Part shown: positions 1 through 8,423 of the stretch, in pieces
Numbering within the stretch: the stretch's first letter is position 1
Layout: every line of letters begins with the position of its first letter
Assembly: GCA_038883855.1 (NCBI GenBank)
Contig: JAVZLH010000010.1
Coordinates: forward strand, 1-38,542
Direction: 5' to 3'
Length of the DNA stretch: 38,542 bases
From: Candidatus Bathyarchaeia archaeon
Lineage (GTDB): Archaea; Thermoproteota; Bathyarchaeia; Bathyarchaeales; Bathycorpusculaceae
Translations under genes and position numbers: made by a program
The notes under the pieces: model-generated
Seen by the model: the letters and a program-made list of their open reading frames with translations, nothing else
Told to the model about the DNA's origin: nothing
Database searches by the model: none

Positions 1-55
1 CTTCTAAAAGCCTCTTTCCGTCTTCGCCAACTTTATCCATGACTGTTTCCTTCCC

Positions 56-1843
56 TTATTTCCGCATTAAACGAACATAATAGTATTCTCCGATTTCTTT
101 TTGAAACTTGTCACGTCTGGAGCCTTCCTTGTTAACCCTCGGTCTCTTGGTTAAGGGGTCTCTGCGGAAGGTTATCCCAACTTCCTTCAAGAACATGTTC
201 ATTCCGTCCCTTAGGCTTGTTGGATGATGGGCTATGCCCTCCACTCCTGGCTCGCCTGTGAAAACCATGAGGCGGTCTGCTATGAAGTCTTGCGCCACAA
301 CGTCATGTTCGACAACGAAGGCTGTTGCGTTTTGGGATTCCACAACTCTTCTGATGGCGCGAGCCATGTTCAACCTTTCTTCCACATCCAAATAGGCGCT
401 CGGCTCGTCGAGGAGATAAAGCTGTGCTTTGCGGGACAAGCATGCGGCGATTGCCACTTTTTGCAGTTCCCCGCCGCTAAGTTCAGCAACATTCCTCTCT
501 AACAGCAGGTTTATTTTCAATGGCTGGAGAATTTCTGTTTTATACCAGCTTGAAGTGAACTCCTCCTTAGCTATACTCATCAAAAGTTCTTGAACTGTGC
601 CCTCATACATGGCTGAAATGTACTGCGGCTTATAGCTTACTGTTAGCTCAGCAAACTTCCTTTTGTCATCAGTCTCCTCTATTCCAGCTAAGATTTTCAC
701 AAAGGTTGTTTTTCCGATACCGTTGGGTCCAAGAATGCCGATTATTTCCCCCTTCTTCACCTCTCCCGGGTTGGCGACAAGCTTAAACCCTTCATAGGTT
801 TTTTCTATTAAATCCCACTTCAGCAGAGTCTCGCCCGCTTCAAAGCTTTGGGTTGGCGGTTTTTCATGGAAAATTATTGGTTCTTTTCTGAAGCGCACGT
901 TTTCGTCTGGAATATAGCCTTGCAAGTAAATGTTTATTCCTGTTCTGACGCTGTGGACGCTTGAGACTATGCCGTAAACGCCTGGTTCGCCGTAAAAGAT
1001 GCAAACTTGGTCTGAAAGATAGTCTATTATGGCGAGGTCATGTTCCGCCACTATAACCGTTTTCTGCTCGTTTTTAAGGGACCTTATGATTTTGGCAACT
1101 TCAAGCCTCTGCTTAACGTCCAAATAGCTGGAAGGCTCATCGAAAAAGTATATGTCTGCCTCGCGGCAAACCACGGCGGCAACTGCAACCCGTTGAAGTT
1201 CGCCTCCGCTTAAAACTTCTAGGGGTCGGCTCCAAAGCTGTTTTAGCTTAAGCTTTTCCGCAACGGTGTCCAAAACTTTTCTTTCATCCACTTTTTCTAG
1301 AAGTTCACCCACGTTTCCAGACACAACCTTTGGAATTTTATCAACATGCTGGGGTTTATGAGCAATCTTGAGTTTGCCCCCGCTTATTTTTTGGAAATAT
1401 TCTTGAAGCGTTGAACCTCTATAATTCTGGATTATCTCATTCCAGTCGGGTGGTTTTTCGTAGTTCCCCAAGTTGGGTTTTATTTCTCCAGAAAGTATCT
1501 TGAGCGTTGTTGTTTTTCCTATCCCGTTTTGTCCAAGCAGACCCAAAACTGTTTGAGGAGAGGGTGTTGGAAGCCTAAAAAGTTTGAAGGTGTTTGGTCC
1601 AAAACGGTGACTGCACTCTTTCTCCAACTCGTCTGGGAGGTTAACTATTGAAATGGCTTTGAAGGAGCATTTTTTCACGCATATTCCGCACCCAGTGCAA
1701 AGGGATTCAACGATTACTGGCTTATCGTTTTCAAAATGTATTGCCTCAACGCGGCTCCGCACCATGGGGCAAAAGCGATGGCATACTCTATTGCAACGTT
1801 TTGGTCTGCACTTGTCTGCGTCCAACACTGCAACTCTTGTCAT
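56..1843 (-). CDS. rli: ABCE1/Rli1 ribosome recycling ATPase
   Basis: N-terminal two-[4Fe-4S] domain (CRPKRC..C...CP; CTGCGICVKKC) and two ABC domains (GQNGIGKT, GPNGIGKT, LSGGELQ twice); C-terminal RPRVNK motif. Confidence 0.98.
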   Translation of the reverse strand: MTRVAVLDADKCRPKRCNRVCHRFCPMVRSRVEAIHFENDKPVIVESLCTGCGICVKKCSFKAISIVNLPDELEKECSHRFGPNTFKLFRLPTPSPQTVLGLLGQNGIGKTTTLKILSGEIKPNLGNYEKPPDWNEIIQNYRGSTLQEYFQKISGGKLKIAHKPQHVDKIPKVVSGNVGELLEKVDERKVLDTVAEKLKLKQLWSRPLEVLSGGELQRVAVAAVVCREADIYFFDEPSSYLDVKQRLEVAKIIRSLKNEQKTVIVAEHDLAIIDYLSDQVCIFYGEPGVYGIVSSVHSVRTGINIYLQGYIPDENVRFRKEPIIFHEKPPTQSFEAGETLLKWDLIEKTYEGFKLVANPGEVKKGEIIGILGPNGIGKTTFVKILAGIEETDDKRKFAELTVSYKPQYISAMYEGTVQELLMSIAKEEFTSSWYKTEILQPLKINLLLERNVAELSGGELQKVAIAACLSRKAQLYLLDEPSAYLDVEERLNMARAIRRVVESQNATAFVVEHDVVAQDFIADRLMVFTGEPGVEGIAHHPTSLRDGMNMFLKEVGITFRRDPLTKRPRVNKEGSRRDKFQKEIGEYYYVRLMRK

Positions 1844-1929
1844 TGCCCTTCCAACATTTTATGGCTATACCGTAATATCTAATAAACATAAACTTAAAAG
1901 TACATGCAAAATGCCAAAATTTATCGGTT

Positions 1930-1945
1930 AAAAAGAAAACAAAAA
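1930..1945 (-). terminator. Oligo-T tract, probable archaeal terminator of the microprotein gene
   Basis: Minus strand reads TTTTTGTTTTCTTTTT, 23 nt after the TGA at 1969-1971. Confidence 0.5.
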
Positions 1946-1968
1946 TATTGTGTTTAAGCCTTTTATTC

Positions 1969-2040
1969 TCACCATTCTTCTTCTTCCCATTCCTCTTCTT
2001 CTTCCCATTCCTCTTCCCATTCCTCTTCTTCCTCTGGCAT
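1969..2040 (-). CDS. 23-aa acidic Glu/Trp-repeat microprotein MPEEEEEWEEEWEEEEEWEEEEW
   Basis: Translated by hand: ATG at 2040, TGA at 1969-1971; SD GGAGGTGA (2047-2054) 6 nt upstream; Glu codons vary only as GAA/GAG. Confidence 0.8.
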   Translation of the reverse strand: MPEEEEEWEEEWEEEEEWEEEEW

Positions 2041-2046
2041 CCTTTT

Positions 2047-2100
2047 TCACCTCCGTTTACGGGTTTGATGCGTAGTGGAGCATACTATCAAACTTTAAAA
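2047..2100 (-). promoter_or_regulatory. TATA-like box (TTTTAAAG, 2093-2100) and Shine-Dalgarno (GGAGGTGA, 2047-2054) of the microprotein gene
   Basis: Both motifs read directly from the minus strand with plausible spacing. Confidence 0.6.
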
Positions 2101-2173
2101 GATTTCCATTCGTCAATTGTCGAGAAAAATTCAATCATAACAGTTGCCCAACGATTTCTTCGCAAAGTTTATT

Positions 2174-3139
2174 TCACAATTTTTTAGCCGCCATCGAAGC
2201 CACAGGTTCAGGGTTTTCAAGTGTGCAATATGCCCAGCAGAGGCTCGGCGAGTTATGCGCCGCACCAAAACCTCCGTTTACATCAACTGCTATCAGCCCC
2301 ATATGATTGTAAACCAGCGGCATTCTCTCGTTAACAAGCCTTATCGCTTTTTTAACGGCATCCTGCGCGCTTTTTCCAGATTCCATGTAGTTACAAACAG
2401 TTTTTGCCAAAACAAGCCTTATCGCTATTTCGCCTATACCAGTAGCGGAACAAGCTCCCGCCTGATTGTCTGCGTATGTGCCGCATCCAATTAGAGGCGA
2501 ATCCCCTATTCTCCCAGGAATTTTCAGCTGGAATCCTCCGGTGGATGTTGCCGCGGCAACATTTCCTTCTTTGTCTAGGGCAACAGCGCCAACCGTGTCT
2601 GCGACATCGAAAAGCTCAGGGTGATTTTTGATTAATTCCGCCAGCTTAGGTAGTTCGAATTTTCCTTCAAGCAAAGCCTTCTTCTGCTGCTCATAATATT
2701 TTAGCCTGAATTCAGTTTTCGGGTTTCTCCTCTTTAAGTTAAAGAGTTTGGCAAGCCTCTCAGCGCCTTCGCCTACGATGAACACGTGGTCCGTTTTCTC
2801 CATGACAATTCTCGCCAAGCGAACTGGGTTTTTGACGTCCTTTAAAAGTCCAACTGCTCCCGCCTGCAAGGCTTTTCCGTCCATAACAGAGGCTTCCATC
2901 TCCACTTCGCCGAGGATGTTTAGGCTTGAACCGTAACCCGCATTAAAAATGCCTTCATCCTCTAAAACGGCAACAGCTTCGGTAACACCGTCTAGGGTTG
3001 ACCCGCCGTTTTTCAGAATTTTAAAACCTACCCTAGCGGCTTTTTTCACGCCTTCCAAACATGGATTGTCACGTTCTGGGCGTGCAGGTCCAGCTCCGCC
3101 GTGGACAACTAACACTGGCTTTCGCTTTCTTTGAGACAT
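2174..3139 (-). CDS. Isoaspartyl peptidase/L-asparaginase (Ntn hydrolase)
   Basis: VVHGGAG, FNAGYGS, autocleavage site D|TVGAVALD, ATSTGG, GRIGDSP, ATGIGE. Confidence 0.95.
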   Translation of the reverse strand: MSQRKRKPVLVVHGGAGPARPERDNPCLEGVKKAARVGFKILKNGGSTLDGVTEAVAVLEDEGIFNAGYGSSLNILGEVEMEASVMDGKALQAGAVGLLKDVKNPVRLARIVMEKTDHVFIVGEGAERLAKLFNLKRRNPKTEFRLKYYEQQKKALLEGKFELPKLAELIKNHPELFDVADTVGAVALDKEGNVAAATSTGGFQLKIPGRIGDSPLIGCGTYADNQAGACSATGIGEIAIRLVLAKTVCNYMESGKSAQDAVKKAIRLVNERMPLVYNHMGLIAVDVNGGFGAAHNSPSLCWAYCTLENPEPVASMAAKKL

Positions 3140-3230
3140 TTTCTCTTACCTTTGGGTTGCAAGATTCCTAGGAGCAGAAAACTGAAATTTAAGCCTAATG
3201 TCCAGAATCGGAGTTTCCCAAGCTCAAGTT

Positions 3231-4121
3231 TCAGATTTTCACAGCAGCCCTAAGCCTCGCAGACCTTGAACGGGGATTAAATTTGACCTCTTCTGCAGAT
3301 GGCTTAACAGGCTTCTTCGTCAACACCTTTAACAAGCCTTTCCGCGCGTTTTCCCTCAAAAAATTTTTGACTATGCGGTCTTCTAGGGAATGGAAAGAAA
3401 TTACTACGAGTCTTCCATTGGGCTTTAGAATTTCTACGGCTTGGGGTAAAGCTCTTTTCAAATTGTTTAGTTCGCCGTTTACAGCTATTCTTAAGGCTTG
3501 AAAGGTTTTTGTTGCCGGGTGAATTCGCCTTTTCTGATACCAGTATGGAACCGCCCTCTCCACAATGCTCACAAGTTGTAGCGTTGACGTTATGGGCTCT
3601 TTTTCTCTTGACTGAACGATTTCTCTGGCAATCCTTTTGGCGAATCTTTCCTCGCCATACTCCTTCAATATCCTTTTAAGTTCTTTCTGAGGCCATGTGT
3701 TAACAATTTCTTGGGCGGTTATTCCACCTTGGAAACGCATGTCTAAAGGCTCATCTCTGGAAAAGGAGAAGCCTCTCCCGCTTTTTTCCAGATGCCAACT
3801 TGAAAGCCCCAAATCAAACAGCACTCCAGAAACTTGTCCAAAACCATGCCTTTCAACAATACTTTTTAGGTTGGCGAAGTTGTCGCATACCAAAATTAAA
3901 TTCTTGTTTAAGTTTTCAGCCTTAGCCTTTAAGCCTTCAATAATCTCCCTAGTCAAGTCTATTCCAAGCAGTTTTCCATTGGGCAGTATCCTTTCTAAAA
4001 TGGCAAAGGCGTGACCCCCTTCACCAATGGTGCAGTCAACGAAGTTCTCATCAGCCTTCGGGTTTAAGAAGTCTAAAACTTCCTTCTGCAAAACTGGAAC
4101 GTGAACTGGATTCATAGGCAT
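3231..4121 (-). CDS. rsmH: 16S rRNA (cytosine1402-N4)-methyltransferase RsmH/MraW, bacterial type
   Basis: HVPVL, VDCTIGEGGHA, DLGLSS, RGFSF..DEPLDMR, YGEERFA, HPATKTFQALRIAVN, ISFHSLEDRIVK, NPRSRSARLR; start may be 4115. Confidence 0.96.
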   Translation of the reverse strand: MPMNPVHVPVLQKEVLDFLNPKADENFVDCTIGEGGHAFAILERILPNGKLLGIDLTREIIEGLKAKAENLNKNLILVCDNFANLKSIVERHGFGQVSGVLFDLGLSSWHLEKSGRGFSFSRDEPLDMRFQGGITAQEIVNTWPQKELKRILKEYGEERFAKRIAREIVQSREKEPITSTLQLVSIVERAVPYWYQKRRIHPATKTFQALRIAVNGELNNLKRALPQAVEILKPNGRLVVISFHSLEDRIVKNFLRENARKGLLKVLTKKPVKPSAEEVKFNPRSRSARLRAAVKI

Positions 4122-4189
4122 GTTTTCTCCGTAATCTAAACATTTGCAAAGGCATAAAAATGGATAAATCTTTGTGGGCTATACATTAA

Positions 4190-4260
4190 TATGGGATGAT
4201 GTGAGGCGACGGCTAAGAGCCGATTGGCGGTGAGAAAGCCACTAACCTGCACTGACCGTG
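4190..4260 (+). ncRNA. Candidate box C/D sRNA or K-turn-containing structured leader
   Basis: Box C-like ATGATG 4196-4201 and box D CTGA 4252-4255 (60-nt span); terminal stem UAUGG/CCGUG; internal hairpins CGGCT/AGCCG and TTGGCGGT/GCCACTAA. Confidence 0.5.
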
Positions 4261-4302
4261 GCAATCTTCATCCTAAAAGTTCAAGGCGGATGTGAATGGC
4301 GT

Positions 4303-4827
4303 ATGCTACGAGATTTTAACCTTTTAGCCACAACTTCGCGTGGAAACGAAGGTGAGGCATGTTCAGAACTGTGGTATCTGCTTGGGCAAGTGGGCGATTC
4401 TGCGCCTACCGTTGACAAAACTGGGGTTTCTGGTTTAATTGCCGCCAAAACAGCCTTTAACCCCTTCGAGGTTATAGCGAAATTCCGCGAAATTTTGCGT
4501 GAACGCCCCTACGAGTTTCGATACATCCTCAGGGTGATTCCAATAGAGAAAGTTGTCCGCACCGACTTAGCAGAAATTAAACGTGTGGCAAAAGAACTTA
4601 GTCATAAAATAGGCGAAAACGAAACTTTTAGGGTTACGGTTGAAAAACGCTTCACAGAAACGCCCACAAGAGACATAATTGAAGCGGCTGCAACCGAAAT
4701 CGAGCGGAAAGTCGACCTAAACAACCCCGACAAAATCCTTTTAATCGAAGTCATCGGCGGATTAACAGGAATATCCATAATAAAACCGGAAGATGTTTTA
4801 TCAACAATGAAGGAGAAAATCTTATAG
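4303..4827 (+). CDS. THUMP-domain RNA-binding protein (Tan1-like)
   Basis: TFRVTVEKR...VDLNNPDKILLIEVIG THUMP signature; likely ATG at 4303 (MLRDFNLLATT). Confidence 0.9.
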   Translation: MLRDFNLLATTSRGNEGEACSELWYLLGQVGDSAPTVDKTGVSGLIAAKTAFNPFEVIAKFREILRERPYEFRYILRVIPIEKVVRTDLAEIKRVAKELSHKIGENETFRVTVEKRFTETPTRDIIEAAATEIERKVDLNNPDKILLIEVIGGLTGISIIKPEDVLSTMKEKIL

Positions 4828-4830
4828 GAG

Positions 4831-5397
4831 TTAGCGCTGAACCGAAAGCAACGCCATCCTCTCAATAACGAGGTCAACTAAAGCTCCCTTCAAGTCGTCT
4901 CCTTTCGCGAGTGTTTCAATTTCCAAGTTAGAGATTCCAAAAACCCTTTGAATTTCTTTTATTTTGACATCTGTCAGTTCGAGGACTCCATCGTCTTGTT
5001 CAGCATTAACATGCTTTAAAACCGTTGACAACGCGGTTTTCACAGTTTTTGGATTTTCTCCAACGGCTATAACTGCGATTTCTGATGAGTTGGGTTTTAT
5101 TCCAATAAGCTCCATAGCCTTTCGGATTTGCCGTTGCGCCGAGGCATAAAGCATTATCTCAATGGCTAAAGCTTTTGAAATGTTCTGTTTATTTTTAAAA
5201 GCTGTCAGCGCGTTTAAAACTGCGAAATATAGGTGTTGCCATGTGGCCACAAGCTTTGCGTCAAAAAACTGTATTTCCACGGTTGCTGGTTTTTCCTCGC
5301 GTATTTTCTTGAGGAATTCTTCAACGTCTTTAATTTTAATGTTTTTGAAGCCTGTTATTGCAATGTATTTTGCGAATTCTTTAAGGGTTTTCAGCAA
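4831..5397 (-). CDS. cgi121: KEOPS complex subunit Cgi121
   Basis: HLYFAVLNA...EIMLYASAQRQIRKAMELIG; C-terminal VIERMALL. Confidence 0.92.
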   Translation of the reverse strand: MLKTLKEFAKYIAITGFKNIKIKDVEEFLKKIREEKPATVEIQFFDAKLVATWQHLYFAVLNALTAFKNKQNISKALAIEIMLYASAQRQIRKAMELIGIKPNSSEIAVIAVGENPKTVKTALSTVLKHVNAEQDDGVLELTDVKIKEIQRVFGISNLEIETLAKGDDLKGALVDLVIERMALLSVQR

Positions 5398-5999
5398 CGT
5401 CCTTCCTCAAGGGTTTCTTTCAAAAATTTCTTAACGAGTTTCCGCGGTACTCCAGCATCCACAAGTTTTTCAACATCTTCTTTAATTGAGTTTCCCTTAG
5501 CTTTACAATTTTTAGCAATTTTCTGAATTGTTTCCCTTAGCTCCCATGGGAAAACTATCCATCTGCTTGTCTCTAACTCATAATAGTCTGGTTTGACGAT
5601 GCTCCATGGCTTATAGTAGAGTGTTGCTATTTTCACTTCTGCGGCTCCCTTCTCGATGATGTGCTGTTTAATTAATTCCAGGCTCCTTCCAGTGTCAGCA
5701 ACCTCATCCACAACAAGCACCCTCTTACTCTTAACATCAACGGAAACTGGCTGCGTCAAAACAGGTTCCCTCTTTGTTTCAGCCACTCCCAAATAAAATT
5801 CCACTTTAACATTCGCAAGGTTTGGATTACCGAGCAAATCCGACATCACCCTCGCCGGGGGCCATCCACCTCTTGAAACGCCGACAATTACGTCTGGTTT
5901 AAACCCGTCTTTTTTGATTTTTTCAGCCAAGTTTAGGAGCATTTTGTAGATTTGGTTCCATGTTGGGGCTTCAAATTCAAGTTTCGATGGCAAGAGCAT
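5391..5999 (-). CDS. Purine-type phosphoribosyltransferase
   Basis: PDVIVGVSRGG, PRPP-binding VLVVDEVADTGRS, PDYY, WIVFPWE. Confidence 0.9.
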   Translation of the reverse strand: MLLPSKLEFEAPTWNQIYKMLLNLAEKIKKDGFKPDVIVGVSRGGWPPARVMSDLLGNPNLANVKVEFYLGVAETKREPVLTQPVSVDVKSKRVLVVDEVADTGRSLELIKQHIIEKGAAEVKIATLYYKPWSIVKPDYYELETSRWIVFPWELRETIQKIAKNCKAKGNSIKEDVEKLVDAGVPRKLVKKFLKETLEEGRC

Positions 6000-6342
6000 C
6001 TCCTCTTTGCATAGCTATTGATTGCTTGAAAAACTATTAAAACTTTGAAGCCGACTGAAAAAGTTAAGGGCGCATATGTTCTAGCCGACTGGTCAAAAGA
6101 AGGAAAAACGACCAGTAAGAGTTTTCACAACACACTTGGAACAGCCATATTGAGTCATGCAGACATCGGGGATGCGAGAAAACCAGAAATGGCACAGGAA
6201 AGGCATCATAAGGCATCAAAATGCCGTTAAGTCAATCGAGTCTGAAAGTGGTGTGACAATGATTTTCTTTCAAGATAACCTAAATACATATATATGTGGT
6301 AATAAATTTTCCAAAAAACAAAACTCAAAAGGCGATAATCGA

Positions 6343-8382
6343 ATGTCTAAGGAGTCAATAGAGGTTTACAAAGAATTTGAAACAGACATAATTCCGCCAA
6401 GCTGGAAAGACAAGGTTTGGGATAAAGACGACTTCAAAAAATGGTATGAGGGCACCGTGAAGGACAAAAGGGCTGTGGAAGAATGGTGGGAAAAGTGGGC
6501 AAACGAGATTTTCTGGTTTAAAAAATGGAGTAAGGTTTTAGATGACAGCAACCCCCCATTTTACAGGTGGTTTGTCGGCGGCGAAACGAATCTTGCCTAC
6601 TTGGCTACAGACTGGCAAATCGCTCAAGGTCGAAAAAACAAGTTAGCTCTAATATGGGAAGGGGAGCCTTGGGATGAAGTCTTGCAACAGCCCAAAGAGG
6701 TCAGAAAGTTCACGTATTATGACCTTCACAAAATGTCAAACATCATCAGCTACGCCCTAAAAGAAAAATTAAAGGTTAAGAAAGGAGAAATCCTAACGTT
6801 CTATTTGCCTATGATTCCAGAGCTTCCGCTCTACATGCTTGCGACACAAAGATTAGGCGCACGCCACAGCATAGTTTACAGCGGCTTCAGCTCAGAAGCT
6901 TTGGCTACAAGAGCAATAGACGGCGGCGCCCGAATCATCGTCACAGCAGACGGTTTTTACAGAAGAGGGCGTTTAATAAGCTTAAAACCCATAGTTGACG
7001 AGGCAGTTAAAATATGCGCGCAAAACGGGCTTAAAATAGAAAAAGTAATCGTAGTCAAAAGGGCAGGTAACGAAATTCCATGGAACAACGAGACGGATAT
7101 TTGGCATCATGAACTCATTAAAAATGTACCGCAAAACGTTAACGTTCCAGTTGAAAAGTGCGGTTCGGAAGACTTTTCATACATACTTTACACTTCAGGC
7201 ACAACAGCTGCTCCAAAAGGGGCGCAGCATTCTGTAGGCGGTTACGCCGTTGGTTTGTATGCAACTATGAAAATGATATTTGACGTGCGCGAGGACGACA
7301 TATTCTGGTGCACAGCAGACATCGGATGGGTTACTGGGCACTCATACATTGTTTACGGGCCGCTCATGACGGGTTTAACTTCCATAATGTATGAGGGGGC
7401 TCTAGACTATCCGCAGCCTGATAGGTGGTGGAGCATAATCGAGAGATATGGTGCAACAATATTTTATACTGCGCCAACCGCCATTAGAATGTTAATGAAG
7501 TTTCCTGTAGATCTTGTCAAGAAACATGACTTATCAACCCTAAGGATTGTTCACAGCGTCGGAGAACCCATAAACCCCGAAGCCTTCAATTGGTATTTCA
7601 AGAACATTGGCAGAGAAGACATTGTTGCATCAAGCACTTGGTGGATGACGGAAACAGGACACATACTTACAGGACACTTTCCTGGACTTGGAAAAATATT
7701 CCCGCTTAAGCCTGGAACAAACGGTTATCCCATACCAGCAGTTACCGTAGACGTTCTCGATGATGATGGAAACCCATGCAAACCTGGAGTGAGAGGATAC
7801 TTTGCCATAACATCGCCGTGGCCTGGAATGCTCATGACATTATACAAAAGTCCACAGAGGTACGTTGACGTTTATTGGTCGAGGTTCAAGGGTAAGCTTT
7901 ACTTTTACACTGGCGACTTCGCCATAAAAGACCAAGATGGATACATTTGGGTGTTGGGAAGGGCTGACGATGTTCTTAAAGTTGCTGGTCACAGAATTGG
8001 AACCGCTGAAGTGGAGTCTGCATTGGTGAAGCATCCAGCTGTAGCTGAAGCAGCTTGTGTTGGCAAAGATGATCCGGTGAAGGGGCAGACGCCATTCATT
8101 TTCACGGTTCTTAGACAAGGTTATTCGCCAAGCCAAGAATTAGCTGAAGAACTGCGAAAGCATTTAAGAAGCACCATCGGCGCTCTTGTTGCGTCTGACG
8201 CTACTATAGCCTTTGTCGACGCGGTTCCTAAAACAAGAAGTGGTAAGATTATGCGGCGGTTGTTGAAGGCGATAATTTCAGGGGCAAGCCTCGGTGATGT
8301 CAGCACGCTGGAAGATGGAGTGGCTGTTGAAGAGGCAAAGAAAGCCTACGAGTCTGTGAAAGTGGCTCTTGAGCGCAAATAA
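6343..8382 (+). CDS. acs: Acetyl-CoA synthetase (AMP-forming)
   Basis: YTSGTT, WCTADIGWVTGHSY, VGEPINPEA, TWWMTETG, GRADDV, PKTRSGKIMRR; likely start MSKES at 6343. Confidence 0.95.
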   Translation: MSKESIEVYKEFETDIIPPSWKDKVWDKDDFKKWYEGTVKDKRAVEEWWEKWANEIFWFKKWSKVLDDSNPPFYRWFVGGETNLAYLATDWQIAQGRKNKLALIWEGEPWDEVLQQPKEVRKFTYYDLHKMSNIISYALKEKLKVKKGEILTFYLPMIPELPLYMLATQRLGARHSIVYSGFSSEALATRAIDGGARIIVTADGFYRRGRLISLKPIVDEAVKICAQNGLKIEKVIVVKRAGNEIPWNNETDIWHHELIKNVPQNVNVPVEKCGSEDFSYILYTSGTTAAPKGAQHSVGGYAVGLYATMKMIFDVREDDIFWCTADIGWVTGHSYIVYGPLMTGLTSIMYEGALDYPQPDRWWSIIERYGATIFYTAPTAIRMLMKFPVDLVKKHDLSTLRIVHSVGEPINPEAFNWYFKNIGREDIVASSTWWMTETGHILTGHFPGLGKIFPLKPGTNGYPIPAVTVDVLDDDGNPCKPGVRGYFAITSPWPGMLMTLYKSPQRYVDVYWSRFKGKLYFYTGDFAIKDQDGYIWVLGRADDVLKVAGHRIGTAEVESALVKHPAVAEAACVGKDDPVKGQTPFIFTVLRQGYSPSQELAEELRKHLRSTIGALVASDATIAFVDAVPKTRSGKIMRRLLKAIISGASLGDVSTLEDGVAVEEAKKAYESVKVALERK

Positions 8383-8423
8383 ACCTGAAACAATTTCCGT
8401 TTTTCAAATAGTCCAGAAAAATG

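Noticed and set aside
1948-2187. 79-aa Phe/Pro-rich + strand ORF, or a microsatellite/CRISPR reading of the CT repeat
   Set aside because: It is the antisense shadow of the Glu/Trp microprotein; there are no unique spacers and no cas genes
6045-6342. 61-aa ORF and the 62-aa N-terminal extension of acs
   Set aside because: No recognisable motifs, and the extension runs through an AT-rich promoter-like zone; acs more plausibly starts at 6343
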